A stretch of DNA of 64,000 bases from a virus: positions 31,884 to 95,883 of IMG/VR virus record IMGVR_UViG_3300035664_000006; one strand, written 5' to 3'. The translations under genes were made by a program, and so were the position numbers. The notes under the pieces were generated by a model, which saw only the letters and a list, made by a program, of their open reading frames with translations, ran no database searches and was not told where the DNA came from. Below, piece after piece: positions 19,780 to 29,564 of this stretch (its first letter is position 1; every line of letters begins with the position of its first letter).

Positions 19780-20595
19780 TTATAATGAGTTAACAAAATC
19801 AATCAGTGATTCACAATTTCCACAATTTATATTTACATATTGTTGGCATAATGTATTAAGCTCTGGGATATGGCTTTCACCCCATTTACCATCTATTAAT
19901 ACATAAAAATGCATGTTATCGGTGTTATGTTTATTAACATACGCAATTGCTTCATTGATAAAATTTTTAGATTCTTTTACTTGATGCGATTGAGAAGACC
20001 CAGCTGCTTCTGTATATTTCGCAAAAACGTGAATAGTGATATCACCTCCATTACAAATAAAATCTATACTGCGAGCATTTGCTTCTTTTACATCTTTCTT
20101 TTTCTTTATTGTATTGGCTATGATAATATCGCCGTTGCATAGAGTATATAACCCATTTACAGGTTTATTCCATGTAAAGGTATTATTAACATATTTTTGT
20201 AAAGTTGCAAACTGTGTTAACTCATCAACTGTTTGTCTACATGCATTTCTGCTAAATGGAATGGTTATTCTTGGATCAGATATTAATAACAATTGTGCAA
20301 TCTCAGAAATCATTTCTTTTGAAACATTAGTGATGTCATCAACATTGTATATATGACTCAAATCCCTAACAATATAATTAGATATTTTATCACCAATTTC
20401 GTTATAATCAGTATCTTTACTATTTCTGCCAGTTTTAGTTTTTTTAAACTTGGGAAAAATTGAACTACACGGATTTGCGGCAATATATTCCCATACTAGC
20501 CTATCTTCTATGTAATTAGATTGATTGGTTTCAGATCTGCTTTCCTTAATATTTTTAGCACCATTTTTATATTCTGTTTTAATTACGACTGACAT
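19780..20595 (-). CDS. hypothetical protein, possible restriction endonuclease partner of the methyltransferase
   Basis: SIDF..FAKYT..GSSQ resembles a PD-(D/E)xK core; adjacent to MTase. Confidence 0.45.
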   Translation of the reverse strand: MSVVIKTEYKNGAKNIKESRSETNQSNYIEDRLVWEYIAANPCSSIFPKFKKTKTGRNSKDTDYNEIGDKISNYIVRDLSHIYNVDDITNVSKEMISEIAQLLLISDPRITIPFSRNACRQTVDELTQFATLQKYVNNTFTWNKPVNGLYTLCNGDIIIANTIKKKKDVKEANARSIDFICNGGDITIHVFAKYTEAAGSSQSHQVKESKNFINEAIAYVNKHNTDNMHFYVLIDGKWGESHIPELNTLCQQYVNINCGNCESLIDFVNSL

Positions 20596-20707
20596 ATATC
20601 TTCCATGATAAAATCAAGGAAGCATGAAATTATAGTAAACTATCAATGAACATCATGTTCATTTACTTCCTTGTGTAAATTAATTATAGCATCGTTGATT
20701 GTGAATG

Positions 20708-20938
20708 TCAACGTTTTTTTGGTAGTGCTTCTTTTTGTAATTTTTTCTTTAGACGAGATTTTGCTGCACCTTTTGCTTTCTTTCTTGTAGTAGTTGGTTT
20801 TTCATAAGATTCTTTAGCACGTAAATCATCTAACTTACCACTTTCTTCTACTTTCTTTTTAAATTTTCTTAACGCTTGATTAATATTATCGCTTTCTTTT
20901 ACTGTAATGCCAGTTCTAGTCTTCTGGTTGATTATCAT
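20708..20938 (-). CDS. rpsU: ribosomal protein bS21
   Basis: NINQALRKFKKKVEESG..ESYEKPT. Confidence 0.88.
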   Translation of the reverse strand: MIINQKTRTGITVKESDNINQALRKFKKKVEESGKLDDLRAKESYEKPTTTRKKAKGAAKSRLKKKLQKEALPKKR

Positions 20939-21335
20939 CTTCATCCTCATCGATTTCATTTTGCAGTTGATCTGCTATCCAATCTAAATTAAAAATCCTA
21001 TTTTTAGAAATTAGATTGTATGGTGTTATTTCATTATTAGTAATGTAGTGAACATTTGGTTGTGCTAATAAAAAAGTAACGAATTCTCGTGTAATAGTAT
21101 TACAATTATCAATATCAATAATTACAACATCTACCATATGTGATACACTCAACAACCAATCAATATCGGTCTCATCGTTTTCATAAATGAAAACATTAAG
21201 ATCATCAATGCTTTTACTTAAAATTGATTGGAATTGTTGTTTAACGTGTAACGATGGACTTACCAAAAGGTAGCTTACACTTAGATTAAAAATTTTATCA
21301 GGTGGGGTTATTACAGTAATACGACCTAGTTGCAT
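20916..21335 (-). CDS. hypothetical phage protein
   Basis: 139-aa ORF with RBS. Confidence 0.65.
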   Translation of the reverse strand: MQLGRITVITPPDKIFNLSVSYLLVSPSLHVKQQFQSILSKSIDDLNVFIYENDETDIDWLLSVSHMVDVVIIDIDNCNTITREFVTFLLAQPNVHYITNNEITPYNLISKNRIFNLDWIADQLQNEIDEDEDDNQPED

Positions 21336-21402
21336 ATATCCTTCTTATATAAGTTATCACCTAATAAACGTTTATTAGGTGATTTAGTTGTATATGTATT
21401 TA

Positions 21403-21882
21403 TTACCCAACGACATCTAATGATACTCTTTGTATACCATCGATTCCAATTGCTTTTGCTGCACCTTTTGACAAATCCATAATCCTATTTTTAACCCACG
21501 GGCCTCTGTCATTGATTTTAACAATCACAGATTTGTTGTTCTTCAAATTAGTAACTTTCACTTTACTATGAAGTGGGATAGTTCTATGTGCTGCTGTCAT
21601 TGCGTTCTTGTTGAATACTTCACCAGATGCAGTTTTACGACCATGGAATTGAGAACCATAAAATGATGCGATTCCTACCATATTATTTCTTTTTACTGGT
21701 TTGGTTTTTTTATATATTACTTTTTTATCATTCTTGTTAGAATGTGTTTCATGTTTTTGAACAGCCTTTTTTACTACTGCATGATGAACATGTTTATGCT
21801 CTTTTGCTGAAGTAAGTGAAGGCATTAGACTAACTAATAAAGTTAGAATTATAAGTGAATTTTTCATTTTTTCTCCTTTCAC
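21403..21882 (-). CDS. rlpA: RlpA-family lytic transglycosylase
   Basis: GIASFYG..TASGE..TAAHRTIP..INDRGPW..MDLS. Confidence 0.9.
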   Translation of the reverse strand: MKGEKMKNSLIILTLLVSLMPSLTSAKEHKHVHHAVVKKAVQKHETHSNKNDKKVIYKKTKPVKRNNMVGIASFYGSQFHGRKTASGEVFNKNAMTAAHRTIPLHSKVKVTNLKNNKSVIVKINDRGPWVKNRIMDLSKGAAKAIGIDGIQRVSLDVVG

Positions 21883-21884
21883 TT

Positions 21885-22140
21885 GGTGTATCCTTTAATA
21901 GCGATACATTACATTAAGGGAGATAACTGCCAAGGATTGTTAACCCTTATGTCACTGGCGTTTTCTCCATCCGCTATTCAACTGTCACTTGTAATAGCTT
22001 AGGCGAGTATGGCTTCCCGACCTTCGGGTTTCTTCATTGGCCAAGACTCGCGGGATCATTAAATAACTCATGATCCAACTATCTCAGTTTCTTTACGAAA
22101 CGTATTGTATATATCATTTTCCCTAATGCTTCGGTATAAA
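21885..22140 (-). ncRNA. candidate structured 5' leader or ncRNA upstream of rlpA
   Basis: ORF-free, GC-richer segment with at least five hairpins inside a closing stem. Confidence 0.5.
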
Positions 22141-22205
22141 AATGATATATCACTAAGTATTTACTACTTAATGTACAACAATTATACTACTATATAATTA
22201 AATTG

Positions 22206-22424
22206 TCAACCCCACGATAGGGTTATTTCATCAATTTTAGTAATATTGGAACGATTAAAGTCGAATGAACTAAAGTTCAGATATGATAATAATTTAGTCA
22301 TCTCTTGTTCATCTACTTCTATTGATTGATCAGTTACCCAATTATTTGCTATTTTCAAATAATCAGGCATCTGATCAACAAGTTCTACATCTATTTCAAA
22401 CGGTGTTTTTATTAGAAGTTTCAT
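22206..22424 (-). CDS. hypothetical protein
   Basis: 72-aa ORF. Confidence 0.55.
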   Translation of the reverse strand: MKLLIKTPFEIDVELVDQMPDYLKIANNWVTDQSIEVDEQEMTKLLSYLNFSSFDFNRSNITKIDEITLSWG

Positions 22425-22478
22425 ATTTTTCCAAATCTATGTAAAGTATTTACCTTACCTATAGAAATGTAAAAACTA

Positions 22479-22850
22479 CTACATTTTATGTACAATGAAT
22501 GCAGTCTTAATACCGTTGAACTGCAACGTTCTTGGATCAAATGCCAATTTGAGAACATGATAATTTGCTCTTAATCGCTGTTTAATTGTATCGAAGATTT
22601 CTTTAGATGTTTTTGATTTACCTGATAATTGATCAGCTAATCGTTTTACATCTTCTTTATACAAAAGAACAGACGAGTTGTCATTTATATGGTTTTCAAG
22701 TTGTGCAAACAATTCATTGATTTTTTCAGAACGCTTATCAGCTTCTAAAATGAATTCGTTATCTGAATATTGAATACCTGAACTTTTGCCTTTATTAAGG
22801 TTTAGTGGTGTTACGAATACAACTGGTAATGATGCTAATTGCTTGGACAT
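22479..22850 (-). CDS. hypothetical protein
   Basis: 123-aa ORF with RBS and sigma70-like promoter. Confidence 0.6.
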   Translation of the reverse strand: MSKQLASLPVVFVTPLNLNKGKSSGIQYSDNEFILEADKRSEKINELFAQLENHINDNSSVLLYKEDVKRLADQLSGKSKTSKEIFDTIKQRLRANYHVLKLAFDPRTLQFNGIKTAFIVHKM

Positions 22851-22912
22851 ATTGGTTCCTAAAAATTGAAAGAGACTTTATTATAAAATAATGGTTGATG
22901 TTTGTCAACAAC

Positions 22913-23200
22913 TCATACAATAATACTAGTAGTAGCTTTAGTATAAGAACTTGCAAATTCTTTTTCAGTTGGTTCTGCTACAACAACAGTGGACCGAAAG
23001 ATTTTCAAATCCCTACTAGGATCAACTGTGAATACAAATGGAACCATTCCGATCCCACCATCTGCACTTGTTAATGCTCTTGGTTTTGAAACTTTTAAAT
23101 AATCAGATCTTTCTTCTACCAATGTTCCTAAGATTTCTTCACCTGATGTTAATTTAATGGTGATTACTTCACCAATTGATAATCCTTTATCGATAATCAT
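22913..23200 (-). CDS. conserved phage protein (possible Sm-like fold)
   Basis: ITIKLTSGEEILG motif. Confidence 0.6.
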   Translation of the reverse strand: MIIDKGLSIGEVITIKLTSGEEILGTLVEERSDYLKVSKPRALTSADGGIGMVPFVFTVDPSRDLKIFRSTVVVAEPTEKEFASSYTKATTSIIV

Positions 23201-23499
23201 ACTGCCTCTTGTAAGTATTGTCTTAATTCTGTAAATCCGCCAATGTAATTACCATCAACAAAAATTTGTGGAACTGCTCTTGCAGTTGGAACTGCTTCTA
23301 ATAAATCTTCACGAGACCACTTGTCGCCTGAAATATTTCTTTCTTCGTATTCATATCCTTTCATTCGTAACAAAGCTTTGGCTTGATCACAGAAAGTACA
23401 CAGATCCTTGGACCATACAATAGCTACATTGGTAGTTGATGGTTTGGTGAGAAATCCTTCTGCATTTACAATATAATCTTCTGGAACTTTCCCTGTCAT
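23197..23499 (-). CDS. glutaredoxin
   Basis: CTFC, AVPQIFVDGNYIGGF. Confidence 0.9.
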   Translation of the reverse strand: MTGKVPEDYIVNAEGFLTKPSTTNVAIVWSKDLCTFCDQAKALLRMKGYEYEERNISGDKWSREDLLEAVPTARAVPQIFVDGNYIGGFTELRQYLQEAV

Positions 23500-23500
23500 A

Positions 23501-23662
23501 TTATGCTTTCTCGACTTCTACAATTACAGTACTGCCAACTAATTCTTGAACAATTGATTCTACTGTTGCTTCGAACTCGTCGCCTACTAATGGTGCAACT
23601 GCATCACCTTTGATTAATTTGCTTAATTTAATTACTACTACTTCTTCTTGAATTTGTGCCAT
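23501..23662 (-). CDS. small hypothetical protein (53 aa)
   Basis: Read by hand: MAQIQEEVVVIKLSKLIKG...; fills the gap exactly. Confidence 0.65.
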   Translation of the reverse strand: MAQIQEEVVVIKLSKLIKGDAVAPLVGDEFEATVESIVQELVGSTVIVEVEKA

Positions 23663-23663
23663 T

Positions 23664-24107
23664 TTATTTTCCTATACTATATGTTTGTTGGAATATGTCT
23701 TTTTTGACAACTCCGTAATCATTCTCACCATGTCTAACGATTACATCTTCTTTTGCTTTATAATGCAACGGTTCACCCCATGATGTGTCTACAACTCCAT
23801 CATGATCGGCTAACTTTGCAATTTTAATGATTTTCTTTGGAACACATGTGCCATCACCATTATCATCTTTCAATTCATTGAATTTTTCAGGAGGCATACT
23901 ATATTGTTCACCTTTCGGTCCAGTGAGAATATACCATCCTTTTTTATAATGTTGTGGTTTTCCATTACTTTCTAAGGTATCAATGGTTCCAGGTTTATCG
24001 GCAATTTCATAGTGTTCTGGATTGCCTTTTTTATAAGTTTCAAATGCACCGGTTTTAAACCAATTATCGGTGATACCTTCTGAAACTATATTAATTAAAT
24101 CTCTCAT
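23664..24107 (-). CDS. PGDYG-like phage protein
   Basis: Duplicated motif WYILTGPKGEQY / VIVRHGENDYG..FQQTY. Confidence 0.55.
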   Translation of the reverse strand: MRDLINIVSEGITDNWFKTGAFETYKKGNPEHYEIADKPGTIDTLESNGKPQHYKKGWYILTGPKGEQYSMPPEKFNELKDDNGDGTCVPKKIIKIAKLADHDGVVDTSWGEPLHYKAKEDVIVRHGENDYGVVKKDIFQQTYSIGK

Positions 24108-24228
24108 AATTATCCTTATCAACTGATTGGAATATGATTATACACCATATTCCAACTGTTGTCAATTACTTATGCATTTTTAACTGCATTAATCTTTGCT
24201 TTTTCTAACAAATAACTCATAATTTACC

Positions 24229-25341
24229 TCATATGGTTGGTAGTGCATCGTAGTCAAGTTCATCACTCATCGCTCCGATGATATAATTTGTGCTTTCTGA
24301 CTCTTGCAAAGCGGTTTGTTTTTTACTGCTGTCGCTATGCTTATTAAACCATGGGATCGGTGTAGTTTTAGGTGCAGTGCCTTGATACTTAATACCAATT
24401 TCTTTTAGTGCACCAACTGCGGTATAATCAACAAAATCTTTTAAAATATTGGCATTTAACCCGATGACTGGTCCTTTCATAAACAAGTAATCAGCCCACG
24501 CCTTTTCTTCTCTAATAACTGACTCATAAATCCCATATACTTCACGTTCTAATCTTACCTTGGCTGCCGCAAATCTTGGATCATCTTTAACTACTTGGTT
24601 GATCAAGTAAGCAGTCCAATCTTTATGCAACAACTCGTCTTGTAAAATTAATGCAATGATATTGCCATTACCGATGAATAGTTTATTTTCAACCATTGCT
24701 AAACTGGTGGCAAATGAAACCATAAACCTAAATGCTTCTAGTGCATAACTGGCATGTAAAGCCAACCAAATATGATCTATATGAGTATCTTCATTATAGA
24801 TGAAACTGATAGTATCTTTAACTTCTGTTAGACAGTTATATACATGTAATCTATTATAATATTTACCAACACTCGATGCCATATCGATAATTTCTTTTGT
24901 ATCATGAATGGTATTAAATACTTCTTTTGGTACATTATAGATATTACGAATGATATGACTATAACTACGGCTATGAATATTTGTTTCAAACATAGACCAT
25001 ATAGACATAAGTGCTTCTACTTCTGGTAAGCTAGAAACTGGACCAAAAATTTGAATCGGTGCTCTTCCTTGCAAACTATCTAAAGCAGTTTGTCTTAACA
25101 AATTACTAGTGAATATATGTTTAACCGCATCACTAGCATCTTTAAAATCATTTGCATCTTTACTCAATGAAATTTCTTCTGGAATCCAGTAAAACCCCCG
25201 TTGAGTTTGTTCAAATTTTGCTATTTTATTATATTTTGTTTCTTCAAACCGTTGAATAGTTACTGGCCCTGCTGGGTCAAGGAACATTTTACGATTTAAA
25301 TAATCCGTTTGTGTTTTTAAGTTATATTGCTGTTCTGACAT
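24229..25341 (-). CDS. nrdB: ribonucleotide reductase class Ia beta subunit
   Basis: WIPEEI, QTALDSLQ, ETNIHSRSY, ALEAFRF, DELLH. Confidence 0.95.
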   Translation of the reverse strand: MSEQQYNLKTQTDYLNRKMFLDPAGPVTIQRFEETKYNKIAKFEQTQRGFYWIPEEISLSKDANDFKDASDAVKHIFTSNLLRQTALDSLQGRAPIQIFGPVSSLPEVEALMSIWSMFETNIHSRSYSHIIRNIYNVPKEVFNTIHDTKEIIDMASSVGKYYNRLHVYNCLTEVKDTISFIYNEDTHIDHIWLALHASYALEAFRFMVSFATSLAMVENKLFIGNGNIIALILQDELLHKDWTAYLINQVVKDDPRFAAAKVRLEREVYGIYESVIREEKAWADYLFMKGPVIGLNANILKDFVDYTAVGALKEIGIKYQGTAPKTTPIPWFNKHSDSSKKQTALQESESTNYIIGAMSDELDYDALPTI

Positions 25342-25350
25342 TCCTTGTCC

Positions 25351-25491
25351 TTATTCGTCTGGTAATCTTCTTTCGTGATAAATTACTAATGCATCTTCTA
25401 GTAATTCGATTTGTTTTTCGATCCTCCATTTTACTAGAGGATCGGTTTCTGTTTCTAATTTTTGTTTTAAGTGTTCGATATTGGCATCCAT
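25351..25491 (-). CDS. small hypothetical protein (46 aa)
   Basis: Read by hand: MDANIEHLKQKLETETDPLVKWRIEKQ... Confidence 0.5.
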   Translation of the reverse strand: MDANIEHLKQKLETETDPLVKWRIEKQIELLEDALVIYHERRLPDE

Positions 25492-25739
25492 GCATTTACC
25501 TTTATCAATTTTTTAATACCTGGAACACGTCTAATTAAGAATACTTTTCTACATGGTCCTTCTTTCTTAATGAAATCGTGTGCATCAACATAATTCACAG
25601 TTTTCGTAAAAGGTGACTCTAATCTGATATACCAACCCCATGGTTCCATATTAAATTTGATATTTTTTCCAATACTTAATAATGTATTAGAGCTATATGG
25701 ATCGCCATCGATATGTGTTTCTATTTTAAATATTTTCAT
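25467..25739 (-). CDS. hypothetical protein
   Basis: 90-aa ORF with RBS. Confidence 0.6.
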   Translation of the reverse strand: MKIFKIETHIDGDPYSSNTLLSIGKNIKFNMEPWGWYIRLESPFTKTVNYVDAHDFIKKEGPCRKVFLIRRVPGIKKLIKVNAWMPISNT

Positions 25740-25751
25740 TATTTCCTTCTT

Positions 25752-26726
25752 TTATAATTTGCAAGATTCGCAATAACTTTCATCATCTTCATTGATACCA
25801 CTTGGTAATTCAACTTCATCTTCTGATTTTGAACCAGCTTTATCTATAAGTGAGTAATAAAAACCTTTTAATCCCCACTTATGTCCTAACATCAAATTCT
25901 TCGCAATTAATGTTCCTGGTACTTTTCTATCTGGAAAGTGTTTAGGCGAATAAAATGAATTTACACTGATTGATTGGTCAACATATGCTGCTAATACCGC
26001 TGCAGTTTTTAAATACCCGATGCAATCAGTTTGTTCCCACATTAACTGATATTTGTTTTTCAGTTTATGGTATTCTGGAACAACTTGTGTTAATGATGCG
26101 GCTTTTGATTCTTTAGTTTGAATTAACTGCATTGGCATTTCAATACCATTGGTGCTATTAATAACAACCGAACTAGATTCAACAGGAGCAATTGCCATTT
26201 GTGTAGCATTACGAACACCGCTAACTTTCATTCTTTCACGTAATTGTTCCCAAGGCAGTTCTGGCGTAAAATCGGTTAATTCATTTACACCTTCTGCACG
26301 TAGTTCCCACGGGAATATACCTTGACCATATCGGGTTTTTGCACTATCTAAACATGGTCCACGTTCTTCTGCTAATTCAACACTAGATTCAGTTAAGTAG
26401 AATGCCTGGTGTTCCATAAAAGATTTAACTTCGGCTAACATTTCAGGCTCACCGTATTTCAACCCGCGTTTAGCAGCCCAGTATGCTAAATTAGTAACGC
26501 CAATCCCAATAGGACGAATTTCATCGTTTGATAGTTTAGAGTGGATTGACAAGAAGTCTTGATAATCTAAGATATTGTTCAGGCTACGATGAAGGATACG
26601 GCAAGCTCTACGCATATCTTCTGGATTTCTGCAATTACCCCAATTGATTGAACCTAAGGTACACAGTGCTATTTTTGGAACTTTTCTAGTGCATTCTTTT
26701 TTAATTATTCTCATTTCTATTTCCAT
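25752..26726 (-). CDS. nrdA: NrdA C-terminal piece (3 of 3)
   Basis: IALCTLGSIN, RPIGIGV, AIAPVESSS, GLKGFYY, C-terminal CESCKL. Confidence 0.92.
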   Translation of the reverse strand: MEIEMRIIKKECTRKVPKIALCTLGSINWGNCRNPEDMRRACRILHRSLNNILDYQDFLSIHSKLSNDEIRPIGIGVTNLAYWAAKRGLKYGEPEMLAEVKSFMEHQAFYLTESSVELAEERGPCLDSAKTRYGQGIFPWELRAEGVNELTDFTPELPWEQLRERMKVSGVRNATQMAIAPVESSSVVINSTNGIEMPMQLIQTKESKAASLTQVVPEYHKLKNKYQLMWEQTDCIGYLKTAAVLAAYVDQSISVNSFYSPKHFPDRKVPGTLIAKNLMLGHKWGLKGFYYSLIDKAGSKSEDEVELPSGINEDDESYCESCKL

Positions 26727-27408
26727 ATAATTTACAATTATCAAAATGATATTGAGTCATTTTACTGATCCCACCTGTTTTATTACAATGTGGGCATGTT
26801 ACTTTTTTCATCGGCTTGCCTGTTTTAGAATTAGACATATTGATATTATTTTTTAATCTTAATTCAGGCGATTGTTCGTGTTTAAGCCATTTTTTAAAAT
26901 TTGATATACTTATTTCTTTTCTATCTATAATTCTGCATACTGTTGGTTGTTTTCTTCCTTTAAGAGAAATACTAGTTTTAATGTTTGGAATACCTTTACG
27001 TGGACTAGGTTTTCCTTTATTATATGGTGATTTTCCTTTTCTAGCGATAGACACACCTAGGTTTGGAATACCTTTACGTGGACTAGGTTTTCCTTTATTG
27101 TGAGAAATAAAACTTATCCCTAATGTTGTAAACTTACCGTCACCATTATGCATGTTATAACTTCGTATATCATTTTTGGCATCTAAAAGCGTTAAAAGCT
27201 CTGTTTCTAAATTAACCATATCGATAGGTTCACCAATTGCTAAAATCGTTCTCCCCCATTCATCATAATTTTTCTTAATCAATGGTTTTACAATTTTACT
27301 AGAACATATATAACCATAATGTGGGTGACAATTTTTTCTAGTGCGTGACCCTAAGTACCATCTTAGGGATACTTTATTCTTCCAAATATATACAAATGCT
27401 TGGCTCAT
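26701..27408 (-). CDS. GIY-YIG-like homing endonuclease inside nrdA
   Basis: FVYIW..WYLGSR..YICSS; NKGKPSPRKG repeats; CPHC..YHFDNC. Confidence 0.82.
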   Translation of the reverse strand: MSQAFVYIWKNKVSLRWYLGSRTRKNCHPHYGYICSSKIVKPLIKKNYDEWGRTILAIGEPIDMVNLETELLTLLDAKNDIRSYNMHNGDGKFTTLGISFISHNKGKPSPRKGIPNLGVSIARKGKSPYNKGKPSPRKGIPNIKTSISLKGRKQPTVCRIIDRKEISISNFKKWLKHEQSPELRLKNNINMSNSKTGKPMKKVTCPHCNKTGGISKMTQYHFDNCKLYGNRNENN

Positions 27409-28439
27409 AATAATAAATCTGTAATATCATCATCTTCTGTCAATTCCCTAACTTTCTTCATATCACCGTTAGACAATAAAACCTTGTGTTGCCCTGGAAT
27501 TAATACTTCAGTACCATCGTCTAAACTAAGTTTAAACTCTCCTTCATCATCTAATGATTTTAATGGAACTGTTGGCAAATTTATCTCTAAACATAAATTT
27601 GATTGGTATATTGTGTGATGTTCTGGATCAAATGGTCCTTGCTTCATTACATTATCAATGAACACTAAGTAGATTCTACCGGTATCAGTTCTTTCTTTTA
27701 GAATACCACCTTTGAATACTTCTTCAGCACTCATTGTTTTTTTACGTAAGTCTTTACGTTTTTCGTATTTTACGTAGAGTTCTTCAAATTTTGTGGTATT
27801 TTGATAGAATGCTTCGTATAAATCTGGTACTTCATTCGGATCAAAGAAAGTAATGTTTCCTTTATCCTTAAAACGTCTCCAAAAGAATGCTGATAATACA
27901 ACACCATAATCCATATGGCGAACACGAGTTTCTTCAGTTCCTTGATTGTTTTTAAGTACAATCAGGTCATCGAATTGATAATGCCAAATTGGGTAAAATA
28001 CTGTTGCCGATGCATTTCTAACACCACCTTGCGAGTTATGTGTTAATACCATTTGACTTTCTTTACTGGCAGATGCAAAGAAAGTATGAGTATCCTCTAC
28101 TGTGATATCGATATAATTCTCGTCATTGTTTTGGTCAAAATCAGCTACTAATAATCTAGTGAACCCAACTTCAGTGAGAATACGGTCATCATTAGTAAGG
28201 TCTTTCGGTTTCTTCTGTAGGAATTCTCCAGAGTCACTCCACACCATAATTGGATGATTTACCGAACAGTTTAATACCACGCCGTTTTCGAACTCTAACC
28301 GAACTTGGTCTTCGGATTGCACAACTGTATTCCATTTATCGGTTACTGTCTTAAAGACGATATCGCCTTGCTCGTTTTTAGTTTTAATTTTCATACCTAC
28401 TGTCAGGTCTTTAATTTGAATTTTTTTAGTTTTTACCAT
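27405..28439 (-). CDS. nrdA: split-intein C-fragment (135 aa) fused to NrdA middle piece (2 of 3)
   Basis: CSVNHPI block B, DITVEDTHTF..LTHN then SQGGVR; later QSNLCLEI active site. Confidence 0.9.
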   Translation of the reverse strand: MVKTKKIQIKDLTVGMKIKTKNEQGDIVFKTVTDKWNTVVQSEDQVRLEFENGVVLNCSVNHPIMVWSDSGEFLQKKPKDLTNDDRILTEVGFTRLLVADFDQNNDENYIDITVEDTHTFFASASKESQMVLTHNSQGGVRNASATVFYPIWHYQFDDLIVLKNNQGTEETRVRHMDYGVVLSAFFWRRFKDKGNITFFDPNEVPDLYEAFYQNTTKFEELYVKYEKRKDLRKKTMSAEEVFKGGILKERTDTGRIYLVFIDNVMKQGPFDPEHHTIYQSNLCLEINLPTVPLKSLDDEGEFKLSLDDGTEVLIPGQHKVLLSNGDMKKVRELTEDDDITDLLL

Positions 28440-29520
28440 TTTTGTGTTCTTCTTTTGTAATTATTTCAATGTCGTTAAATTTTGAGGACATATTATATTG
28501 ACTAACTTTTAATACTGTTCTTCCTCTAGTTTCTCTGTAGTATTTGTCCAATAAATCTTTTGACTTAAAAAAAATACCATCTACTTTATAAAAAACTTTG
28601 GTTGATGGGTTGGCATAGTTAGCAAAATTGGTTTGATATTCTTCTTTGCTTATAGTTATGACCTTTCGGTCAATAAGAGAATAGACTACAACATTTCCAG
28701 TATTATGATGCTTATGCAAATCCTTATTATACGTTTCTTTTTTGATAAGTTTTTTCTCACCAGTAACTCTGTCTATTACTGAAATTTCGCCAAACGTATG
28801 TCCAACGTATCTACCATTTGAATTATGAAACTCATGATGGGGTACTGTAACTCGCCTACCAGTAATAGTATCGTAGGCTACTATTTTACCTTTAGTAATA
28901 CCAACATATTTTGGATTAGAATAAAAAATAGTTTTTGATATTCTGCAAGTATTTCCGGTAGACGTATCTAGTGCCAGTACATAGTCTTTAAATTCAGTAG
29001 TATGTGTATTAGGATTACAATCTTTAACATAAATCTTTTTAATTCCAGTGTCGGTCCTGATATTCATCATGCCTTTTGACACATGTAGATGTCTTCCAGT
29101 AGCAAATTCTTCTACGGTTACTCGATAAGTATTTCCATTAGAATCTTTACACAAGACAGTACCTGCACCGCAATTGGTTCCACCTGCGCTGATAGAATTT
29201 ATAAAAAGCGGATTCTTCCCAACTTGATGCTTTTTGTGAAAAAGTTTTTCTGCTTCAAATGCCAATACTCTTGTATTAAAATATTCTATCTTATATTTAA
29301 ACAACTCAGGATGTTCTTTTAATTTTTGGACAAAATCAATTGTAGTTGAGCTAGTAAAATATTTTATTAGTAAGTCATGTTCGTTACTTCCCTCAACTCC
29401 ACGAGAACCAGAATAAAACTTTCCAGTTTCGATGTCATTAAGTGTATAACAGTAATAAGTTGAATTTGTTAGCATATTTGTTAAAGATCCGTTATATGAT
29501 TCTTGTAGATAATTTAGCAT
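28426..29520 (-). CDS. GIY-YIG-like homing endonuclease between the split-intein halves
   Basis: YCYTL..FYSGSR..YFTSS; repeated YVGxTxG modules. Confidence 0.75.
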   Translation of the reverse strand: MLNYLQESYNGSLTNMLTNSTYYCYTLNDIETGKFYSGSRGVEGSNEHDLLIKYFTSSTTIDFVQKLKEHPELFKYKIEYFNTRVLAFEAEKLFHKKHQVGKNPLFINSISAGGTNCGAGTVLCKDSNGNTYRVTVEEFATGRHLHVSKGMMNIRTDTGIKKIYVKDCNPNTHTTEFKDYVLALDTSTGNTCRISKTIFYSNPKYVGITKGKIVAYDTITGRRVTVPHHEFHNSNGRYVGHTFGEISVIDRVTGEKKLIKKETYNKDLHKHHNTGNVVVYSLIDRKVITISKEEYQTNFANYANPSTKVFYKVDGIFFKSKDLLDKYYRETRGRTVLKVSQYNMSSKFNDIEIITKEEHKNGKN

Positions 29521-29558
29521 TTCTCATACCTCCATTATTATTTATGCTGGTATGAGAA
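29521..29558 (-). promoter_or_regulatory. RBS-sequestering hairpin with late promoter in the loop
   Basis: TTCTCATACC/GGTATGAGAA 10-bp stem overlapping GGAGG; ATAAATA in the loop. Confidence 0.7.
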
Positions 29559-29564
29559 AAACTG

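Noticed and set aside
24169-24220. 16-codon ORF after nrdB (MSYLLEKAKINAVKNA)
   Set aside because: It has an RBS but is too short to support without conservation data.
27560-27600. CLEINLPT as the start of a second active intein
   Set aside because: It is the native RNR NLCxEI active-site motif, and piece 3 has no HN-nucleophile junction.
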